Source of the DNA: Candidatus Thorarchaeota archaeon | GTDB taxonomy: Archaea > Asgardarchaeota > Thorarchaeia > Thorarchaeales > Thorarchaeaceae | Assembly (NCBI GenBank): GCA_003345555.1 | Contig: PRDJ01000061.1 | Span: forward strand, 1 to 32,000 | Direction of reading: 5' to 3' | Length of the DNA stretch: 32,000 nt | Shown: positions 25,233 to 32,000 of the stretch, one piece after another | Layout of the letters: each line of letters starts with the position of its first letter | How positions within the stretch are numbered: the first letter of the stretch is position 1 | Translations under genes and position numbers: made by a program | Notes under the pieces: model-generated | Database searches by the model: none | What the model was told of the DNA's origin: nothing | What the model saw: the letters and a program-made list of their open reading frames with translations, nothing else

Positions 25233-25808
25233 TCATTCCTCGCTTTCTTCTTTGTTGTCATACTTGACGGATGGCAGATTGAAGTCCATTCTCTCGTACC
25301 CGCCCACGTTATCACCTTCTAGAGCCCACAATACGACAACGCTGTCATAGATTTCATGGTCGAGCAGACTCTCAATGGCTATGTCGTGAGTCCCTAAGGG
25401 AAATCTCCAGATTATCTCAAAGTCATATGGAGCTGTTTCTTCCTCAAGCCAGGTCTCTATTCTGTTCGCTTTTGGCGCGAACTGACCTGAGAAGTCGATG
25501 AGGTATACGACCGCAACAACGTCACTCTCGCCCTTCAAGAAGATATCAGTGTAATGGACATGAGACCGCACTCCCCGACTGTTGATTTCCACTCGCTCCT
25601 TGTCAAGATAGTATTGCAGGTTGTTTGACAGGGTTTCGATTTCCCTCCTGAAGCTCTGTTCGTCCTGCAATACCTTCTGATAGTAATGATCGGGGTCGAC
25701 ATATTCGTAGCACAGACGTTCGTGTATTTCCCCTGACCTTGAGACCGAGAAGAAGGATTCCGCATGAATGGGCTGCACCATGTCAGAAGGACTTGTCACG
25801 GGACTCAC
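25233..25808 (-). CDS. Hypothetical acidic beta-rich protein; start GTG 25808 or ATG 25781
   Basis: ORF abuts the beta-CASP stop directly (TAG-GTG); protein-like composition. Confidence 0.75.
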   Translation of the reverse strand: MSPVTSPSDMVQPIHAESFFSVSRSGEIHERLCYEYVDPDHYYQKVLQDEQSFRREIETLSNNLQYYLDKERVEINSRGVRSHVHYTDIFLKGESDVVAVVYLIDFSGQFAPKANRIETWLEEETAPYDFEIIWRFPLGTHDIAIESLLDHEIYDSVVVLWALEGDNVGGYERMDFNLPSVKYDNKEESEE

Positions 25809-26813
25809 CTACTCAAGCGGCACTGCGCTGACGCCAGCATGTGCGAGTTCGCCGCAGAATCTTCTGGCGTTTCCAGCGAAACAATAGACAATGCGTGGGT
25901 TCACGGCTTGTACGAAATCCATGAGTCCCGGGAAGTCCGAGTGAGCACTGAGCGGGAATCCCGAGTTATTGAGTTCTCTGAGCGCCCAGCCTGAGAGATT
26001 GAATGATGAAGTCATGTTTCTGATCTCGTTGGCCGTCTGTTCCCCAAGTATTCTTGCCAGACTGGCAAACGTATTGCTCACCGAAGAACTGACAATGGCA
26101 TAGTCCCGCTCTAACACGCCGGCTTGCCTGGCGCGCTCAATTGGCGTGTAGGTCAATCGAGTACCGTGGCTGGCGTAGACTTTGCTGACCTCGTCGATGA
26201 CCCGGTTGCCAGTTAGAACCTCAAAACCACCCTCCTCAAGGACAGCAATAGCCTCCTGTGCCTTGCCTAACGAGTAAGCCTTGAAGAGGGGAATCATACC
26301 CCTGTCCAGCTCTCTTCGGGCAGCTTCGAGGATCATTGAATGCACTTTGGCCCTTTCAGGAAAGACCCATTCGGGGGATCCATAGGTTGCTTCGGTTACC
26401 AGAACGTCCGCAGCAGCTGGCTCGGCTGCATGATGAACGACACTGTCAACAACGTTATAGTCACCGGTGTAAAGGACTCTCAACCCATCATCGAACTCGA
26501 GAAGAAACATGGCTGAACCAATTACGTGACCTGCATTCAGTGCCGTGACTCGAACGCCGTCGAGATCCAGATCTCTTCCCCACTCTATTGTTGTCGCCTG
26601 TAGCAATGAGGCCTCGTTCCGTGCAAGAAGCGCATCCTGTGTCTCAGCAGTCGCAACAAAATCTCTAGCCGAAAACAGGTTTGTTGTATGGTCGGTGTGT
26701 GCGTGCGATAGAAGAGTTGTGACTTCGGGAACCCCGGTGTCAAACGCAAGTCTCACTTTGCGGTATTCGAGCAGTAATCCCGAACCTCTCTTGTCAAGTC
26801 TCAAAGCGGACAT
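25809..26813 (-). CDS. MBL-fold metallo-hydrolase, beta-CASP nuclease family
   Basis: SHAHTDH, AGHVIGS, YTGD, EATYG, AYSLGKAQE, motif SAHSD. Confidence 0.9.
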   Translation of the reverse strand: MSALRLDKRGSGLLLEYRKVRLAFDTGVPEVTTLLSHAHTDHTTNLFSARDFVATAETQDALLARNEASLLQATTIEWGRDLDLDGVRVTALNAGHVIGSAMFLLEFDDGLRVLYTGDYNVVDSVVHHAAEPAAADVLVTEATYGSPEWVFPERAKVHSMILEAARRELDRGMIPLFKAYSLGKAQEAIAVLEEGGFEVLTGNRVIDEVSKVYASHGTRLTYTPIERARQAGVLERDYAIVSSSVSNTFASLARILGEQTANEIRNMTSSFNLSGWALRELNNSGFPLSAHSDFPGLMDFVQAVNPRIVYCFAGNARRFCGELAHAGVSAVPLE

Positions 26814-26888
26814 TGCATGACCTCGACCGACCGGGTATATGACTCACAAAAGCCTTTCCACGTGACAGTGAAGACTCGTCTCGCCATC

Positions 26889-27794
26889 TCAAAGAACTTT
26901 TCGCATCATCTGCAACAGTTCTCTTTTGAACGGAGAACTGCATATCTCGGCTAGCGATCCGACAAGCTCTCTCTGTCCCTGGCCAACAAGCAGCAAATCA
27001 AGTGACTTGACCCTAGATTCAACACACAGGTTCAGTAGACCGGCAGCGAATTGAGTGACATCAAGTTTCTCGCTATCGTGCAGGCAGACAGTCACGAGAG
27101 CACGTTTGCCATATGGCATGAAACCCGTCAAAGCCAACGCCCGTCCTTTCACTGACAATGTCTTGAGAGACCTGAGGCCAGCGGCAACTGACACGGCAAG
27201 ATGTGCTTGTGAACAGCTGAGCCCGGATTCCATTCCAGCTTTTCGGAAAAGCGCATCAGCCCGGGCAAGGTCAGGATGAGAATCCCACTGACGTCCATGA
27301 ATAGCAGCTTTTCTGCCCGAGATATTCTCCGCAGAGTAGTGACACAACTGTTCTGCTTTCTGAAACCCATTTGTTTCCAAGATTGGCATGACCCATGCTG
27401 GAAGATCGTATGCGAGAGGAAAAGGAATGCCATTACGATTTCTGGAATGATTGACGAGAGCCTCCACTTGGACAATGCTTGCGCTTCGAAAGAAGGGCAG
27501 CGATGATTTGATCATGAGAGAGAGCAGTTCTTTCCTGAAACTGGGCTTCATTCTCACGGAAACCAAGCACAGAGTGCATGCAACACTGTCGCGATAAGCC
27601 GCGGTGCCCCCTATTGGGTTGCTCTCCACCGAAGATAGATAGAGTAGGGCACCCGAAAGGCTAACGAACGCATCCATATATCCCCGAAGTGCGTCTTTTT
27701 GGACCAGACTGGACCGAGACTCATCGAGATTCAGCCATAGGCCACTCTCAGTCCTGCTGAGTCTTCTCGTGTAGAGAGTCGAGGGCTTGGCCAT
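26889..27794 (-). CDS. Hypothetical protein, possibly degenerate GNAT-fold; ATG 27794 preferred over 27968
   Basis: VSVRMKPSFRKELLSLMI resembles GNAT motif A and ILETNGFQK resembles motif B, but the canonical R/QxxGxG/A is absent. The confidence value refers to the CDS; the GNAT call is about 0.4. Confidence 0.7.
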   Translation of the reverse strand: MAKPSTLYTRRLSRTESGLWLNLDESRSSLVQKDALRGYMDAFVSLSGALLYLSSVESNPIGGTAAYRDSVACTLCLVSVRMKPSFRKELLSLMIKSSLPFFRSASIVQVEALVNHSRNRNGIPFPLAYDLPAWVMPILETNGFQKAEQLCHYSAENISGRKAAIHGRQWDSHPDLARADALFRKAGMESGLSCSQAHLAVSVAAGLRSLKTLSVKGRALALTGFMPYGKRALVTVCLHDSEKLDVTQFAAGLLNLCVESRVKSLDLLLVGQGQRELVGSLAEICSSPFKRELLQMMRKVL

Positions 27795-28035
27795 CGGGGT
27801 CGCTTCCTTCAATCTCGATTTCGCTGCAACTTGCGTTTGGCAGTTATTGAACCTGTGCCTGTTCAAGACATTGCGACTCTTCGAGTGCATCTCTTGCGTG
27901 AACAGACCTTGGTCGGCCGTTCTGAACTGGGCCTGCTGATCTTCTGTCACTTGTCCCTCCGAAGTCATAGGAAACGAGAATCATCGATGGGTTTATGATG
28001 GACTTAAGCCTCACCAGAAAAGTCGCCTGAAACAT

Positions 28036-29025
28036 ATGAGATCCTTGGTTCTTACACAGGATGGGCTTCGCTTGGGGGATACGCCGAAGCCTTCTGTCAT
28101 GCCAGGGGATGTGAGGATAGAAGTTCGTGCTGTCGGCATATGCGAGACAGACATATCAATCTGGAAAGGAACCATTAATGTTGGACTTCCTCTGATTCTT
28201 GGTCACGAGATAGCCGGCGTCGTCGAAGAGAGCTCAGTTGATGAGTTCACACCGGGGTCGCTTGTCATAACCGAAGCAAACGCCAATTGCGGTCGATGTT
28301 GGTATTGCAGGAATGACACGAAGGCATTGTGTTCAGACAAACGGATGATTGGAGTCACAACTGATGGAGGATTTGCTGAGTATATCAGTGTCCCGGCAGA
28401 CATTGTGCACGTCCTTCCGCCATCGTTGGACGCAGTGTCAGGGACCTTTGTTGAGCCGCTGGCATCCGCAGTACAGACGTATCTTCAGAGCCCATCAAAG
28501 CCCCAAGAAGTTGTCGCCGTGGTAGGCAGCGGCAAGCTCGGCCTTCTAATTGCCCAGGTGTATGATAGCTTCGGCGCAGAAGTCTATGTGTTAGGGCGTA
28601 ATCAGTGGCGACTCGGTCTAGCCAAGCAGCTCGGCCTTACTCACACTGTGAGCACCGTAGGAGATCAATGGAAGAAACAGATCCTCGACTCAACGTCAGG
28701 TGTGGGTCCCAGAATTGTCGTTGAGGCGACCGGCAATCCTGAAGGTTTGAAAACGGCTCTCGAGATTGTGAGGTCCGGCGGAGTCATCGCCCTGAAGAGC
28801 CACTACCAAAGGACCACCGACATTGATTACAATTCGATTGTTGAGCGTCAGATAACGCTTCAAGGCAGCACCGTCGGCCACTATGATACAGCGATTGATA
28901 TGCTGGATAAGGGACGCATTGAAGTCAAGCGCCTCGTTTCGAAGCAGTTCTCACTCGAACATGGGATTGAGGCTTTCGAGTATGCTGACAAGCCCGGTGT
29001 GGCCAAGGTCGTCGTCAGGGTGTAA
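28036..29025 (+). CDS. Zn-dependent medium-chain dehydrogenase (threonine/sorbitol dehydrogenase-like)
   Basis: GICETD, GHE, structural Zn site CGRCWYC...C, EPLA, Rossmann GSGKLG, EATG. Confidence 0.93.
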   Translation: MRSLVLTQDGLRLGDTPKPSVMPGDVRIEVRAVGICETDISIWKGTINVGLPLILGHEIAGVVEESSVDEFTPGSLVITEANANCGRCWYCRNDTKALCSDKRMIGVTTDGGFAEYISVPADIVHVLPPSLDAVSGTFVEPLASAVQTYLQSPSKPQEVVAVVGSGKLGLLIAQVYDSFGAEVYVLGRNQWRLGLAKQLGLTHTVSTVGDQWKKQILDSTSGVGPRIVVEATGNPEGLKTALEIVRSGGVIALKSHYQRTTDIDYNSIVERQITLQGSTVGHYDTAIDMLDKGRIEVKRLVSKQFSLEHGIEAFEYADKPGVAKVVVRV

Positions 29026-29039
29026 GGCGGAGGCACCAG

Positions 29040-30323
29040 ATGCCTGAGTTTGACACTGACCTTCACATTCACTCGCACCACTCAATCGGTGTTAGTCATA
29101 CAATGACAATCCCCAATCTCGTGAATGGCGCCGCCGAGAAGGGACTCGACATTCTCGGCACTGGTGACGCGACTCAGCCAGATTGGCTTGACCATCTCAG
29201 ACGGAACCTCGTACCATCCGGAGAGGAATTGAAACAAGAAGGCATCTCATTCATACCCACGGTAGAAATCGAGGACGGCGAATCGATTCATCACCTCGTG
29301 ATACTGCCCGATTTCGAATCAGTAGAAATGCTCCGAAGCTCCCTGCGACCATTCTCGCCAAATATCGACAGCGAGTGGGGCGGTCGTCCCAGAGCGAATA
29401 TCGGACCTTCGGATCTTGCGGCTCTTGTGAGAGAAACAGGAGGGTTTGTCGGTCCAGCGCACGCATTCACGCCCTTCAAGTCGGTATTTCGGGAGGGCCG
29501 GTATGAGTCGTTGCTCGCTTGCTATGGAAAGGAAGCGGCGAATATCCATTTTATAGAACTGGGTCTTTCTGCGGATACTGAAATTGCAGACTACATACCC
29601 GAACTGCGTGGAATCACCTTCATCACCTCAAGCGATGCTCATTCGCCTTCTCCAGACAAGCTCGGCAGAGAGTTCGTAAGATTCTCCATGGAATCAGCCA
29701 CATTCGATGAGCTCAGAAAAGCCATCCTTAGACAACAAGGCAGAAAACCTATTCTGAACGTGGGCCTAGATCCGCGCCTAGGAAAGTACTATCTCTCGTT
29801 CTGCAGCTCTTGTCGACGAACAGTGCAGATACTTGAGGGAGAAGGACATCCTTGGTTTGACACACTCAATATCTACATCGAGTGCAAGAACGACGACGAG
29901 AAGGCTGCGCTTCTCCGTGATGTGCACAAACGCCGCGCGAAGTGTCCTATCGATGGAAAGAACTTGCGACTCGGCGTTCGCGACCGTGCTATGATGATTG
30001 GCACACCAAGAAGCGAGTCTCTATTTGATCGTCCACCGTACCTGCACGTTCCGCCGCTGCTTGATGTGATTTCTGCGTCGATGAATGGCATGGCGAAATC
30101 AACGAAGAGTGTAAGGAGTCTCTACGACAGAATGCGAAGCAGCATAGGCAGGGAGACGACAATACTCATCGATGCACCAATTGACAGAGTGTCAAAGATT
30201 GACGGGAGAGTGGGAGCCATGGTTGAGGCGCTCCGGAATGGGACTGCGACCTATGCTGCTGGGGGCGGAGGAAGATACGGTTGGCTTGTACCTCCCTGGC
30301 AGACTGGCAAGCCAATCAAGTAG
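29040..30323 (+). CDS. Endonuclease Q family (PHP-domain, TIGR00375-like) DNA repair endonuclease
   Basis: DLHIHS..S..VS, KGL.ILGTGD, HHL, PAHAFTP, ELGLSAD, SSDAHS, LGRE, GLDPRLGKY, GVRDR, GGGGRYG. Confidence 0.88.
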   Translation: MPEFDTDLHIHSHHSIGVSHTMTIPNLVNGAAEKGLDILGTGDATQPDWLDHLRRNLVPSGEELKQEGISFIPTVEIEDGESIHHLVILPDFESVEMLRSSLRPFSPNIDSEWGGRPRANIGPSDLAALVRETGGFVGPAHAFTPFKSVFREGRYESLLACYGKEAANIHFIELGLSADTEIADYIPELRGITFITSSDAHSPSPDKLGREFVRFSMESATFDELRKAILRQQGRKPILNVGLDPRLGKYYLSFCSSCRRTVQILEGEGHPWFDTLNIYIECKNDDEKAALLRDVHKRRAKCPIDGKNLRLGVRDRAMMIGTPRSESLFDRPPYLHVPPLLDVISASMNGMAKSTKSVRSLYDRMRSSIGRETTILIDAPIDRVSKIDGRVGAMVEALRNGTATYAAGGGGRYGWLVPPWQTGKPIK

Positions 30324-30354
30324 GATAATACCCTCTATACACTGCAACTCGAAA

Positions 30355-31608
30355 CTAAACGGGAATTCCTATCAGAACTCGACCAATCCATGCATTCTGA
30401 CCCTCCGAGGTCTCCGTGATAAATCCTGAGACAAACACGCCGCCAATGGGAACGGCGATGACACCAAACGCTGTGTCGAAACCATCGGCAGACCCGTTTA
30501 TCGTGATTCTCGTATAGAAACGGAGGTTCATGTCATAGAGCGCTATCATCATGTTTGCTCCGCCTGAAACCTCGGTGTAGGTTCCCACCTGGACAAGATA
30601 ACTTCCATGCTGCGCAATTGAATATGCTGTGTCATCTCCATTCCCGGGACCATTTACTGTAATATCGTTCAATAGGTTCAGGTTACTGTCGAACTTGGCC
30701 AGCCATGCATTATAGCTTTGACCAGCTTCAGTTATCGTACCTGTGGCATAGAGATACCCGAAATAATCGTCTCGGCAGATGCCATAGCCCTTGTCCTCGC
30801 CGCTTGTGGGCCCCGCAATGATTACCTGGCCCAAGAGCTGCAAGTCCGCATCAAACTTGCCAATCCATATGTCATAGCCTGTTCCAGCTTGACTCATCGA
30901 GCCGCTTACGAATAAGTTGCCCACATCATCAAGGAGCATGAATCGGCCCTTATCGGTCATGCTCGCAGGGCCATCAATCGTGATGTTTCGTACAAGATTG
31001 AGATCGGAATCGTACTTGCCAATGTAAATATCGTAGCCGTGGCCAGGTAATGTGACGGTACCCGTTATGTAAACAGTACCTGAATCATCCAAGAGTAGGC
31101 CATATGCTTCGTCCGTCCCGTTGCTTGGTCCATCAAGAGTGATGCTTTCTTCAATGGTCAGATTGAGACTGTACCTTGCTATCCAGATGTTGTGGTCTTC
31201 TCCAGCCTCAGTTACGTAGCCCGCGGCGAAAAGATGCCCATGGCCGTCCAGAGCCAGCCCGTAGCCCGCATCGTCGCCCAAGGGACCGCCAAAGGTTGTG
31301 TTTCCGACTTGCTCAATCTGGCCGTAAGTTGAATTGAGTTTCCAAATGATGCCATCCTTGCCGTGACCCGGCACGGTAATGAAACCGGTTGCGTATAGAA
31401 CGCTTTGATTCTCGTCATATGCCATTCCGAGAGCCCAATCGTCACCACCAGAACCACCATCCATGCTCACCGAGTCGATGAACACCAAACTCGGACCGCC
31501 AGAAGGGATACCCGTCTGAAAACTGCCGAGAATCACGGCCACGATTATGACACAGCCGATGATTATCGCCACTGAACGTCGTCTGGCCTTATGCTCGCTG
31601 TCTGGCAT
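30355..31608 (-). CDS. Membrane-anchored extracellular 7-bladed beta-propeller glycoprotein
   Basis: Basic N-terminus plus one TM helix; seven repeats of GP..G.D.AYG...D..G.LY.TG..T......IW..K.D..L; seven N-x-S/T sequons. Confidence 0.85.
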   Translation of the reverse strand: MPDSEHKARRRSVAIIIGCVIIVAVILGSFQTGIPSGGPSLVFIDSVSMDGGSGGDDWALGMAYDENQSVLYATGFITVPGHGKDGIIWKLNSTYGQIEQVGNTTFGGPLGDDAGYGLALDGHGHLFAAGYVTEAGEDHNIWIARYSLNLTIEESITLDGPSNGTDEAYGLLLDDSGTVYITGTVTLPGHGYDIYIGKYDSDLNLVRNITIDGPASMTDKGRFMLLDDVGNLFVSGSMSQAGTGYDIWIGKFDADLQLLGQVIIAGPTSGEDKGYGICRDDYFGYLYATGTITEAGQSYNAWLAKFDSNLNLLNDITVNGPGNGDDTAYSIAQHGSYLVQVGTYTEVSGGANMMIALYDMNLRFYTRITINGSADGFDTAFGVIAVPIGGVFVSGFITETSEGQNAWIGRVLIGIPV

Positions 31609-31626
31609 TTCATGCCCTCCAGGTCT

Positions 31627-32000
31627 TCACTTCGAAGACAAGATACCAAGTTCCTGTACTGTAGTAAAGTGATATAAATCCTCTCGCGCATAATCACGAA
31701 ACAGACCTAGACTTGGATTCATTACAACATGCATTCTCACCACCCGATACTCGAGCCGGGTGAGTGCGATGTTATCGTGCACGAAAGTCTGGGCAGGACC
31801 AGAATGATAGTTCTGATGCTCAGGAGGAATCGTAACCTGACCGTCGTCAAAGGGATAATTCGTGAAGTCGGTCGAAGCACCACCGTCAGCGTGAGCGCTC
31901 AGCGATGGTACGGCTTCACGAACATAGTGGTTCAAGATGAGGTTACAGAAAAGACCTATGACGTCCATCTCTCTTCTGCTGTGATGACGAAGTGTAGATT
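31627..32000 (-). CDS. C-terminal part of a hypothetical protein, probably truncated by the window edge
   Basis: The frame stays open upstream of ATG 31968 to the window end (STLRHHSRRE-M...); the stop lies 18 nt before the next gene, whose GGAGG SD is in that gap. Confidence 0.6.
   Translation of the reverse strand, partial: STLRHHSRREMDVIGLFCNLILNHYVREAVPSLSAHADGGASTDFTNYPFDDGQVTIPPEHQNYHSGPAQTFVHDNIALTRLEYRVVRMHVVMNPSLGLFRDYAREDLYHFTTVQELGILSSK

Noticed and set aside
1-32000. Mobile element, prophage, tRNA/rRNA or CRISPR array
   Set aside because: I saw no transposase, integrase, terminal inverted repeats, cloverleaf or repeat-spacer pattern, and no obvious compositional break by eye.

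Overview
Gene-dense archaeal housekeeping window with about 35 CDSs. I found no rRNA, tRNA, CRISPR array, integrase or transposase. The archaeal call rests on EndoQ, an archaea-specific COG1202-type helicase, DUF131, an OapC-like Zn ribbon, a GAN/RecJ-type DHH nuclease and TATA-type promoters. An Asgard (Thorarchaeota-like) origin is my inference from gene style only. Recognisable content: MTA phosphorylase, a DtxR-FeoA regulator/feoB iron-uptake operon with two clear palindromic operators flanking the TATA box, a type I phosphoribosyltransferase, a PRMT-like methyltransferase, a TPR/Zn-ribbon protein, Nudix, RecJ/DHH, cupin, HAD-IIA, a stand-alone B3/4 domain, an orphan HerA/FtsK-like ATPase, an MFS transporter, an SF2 helicase, a beta-CASP nuclease, a Zn-dependent dehydrogenase, EndoQ and an anchored 7-bladed beta-propeller. 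Best leads: (1) an unannotated 30-36 aa hyper-acidic, aromatic-punctuated micro-ORF at 165-275; (2) a methyltransferase with eukaryotic PRMT-like motifs; (3) a tightly coupled operon of unknown proteins plus the helicase; (4) the orphan HerA ATPase with a charged single-helix arm; (5) a 100-aa protein with 8 Zn knuckles; (6) a recurrent CCGAAAG tetraloop motif around the HAD gene. All family calls are motif recognition from memory; no database search was run.
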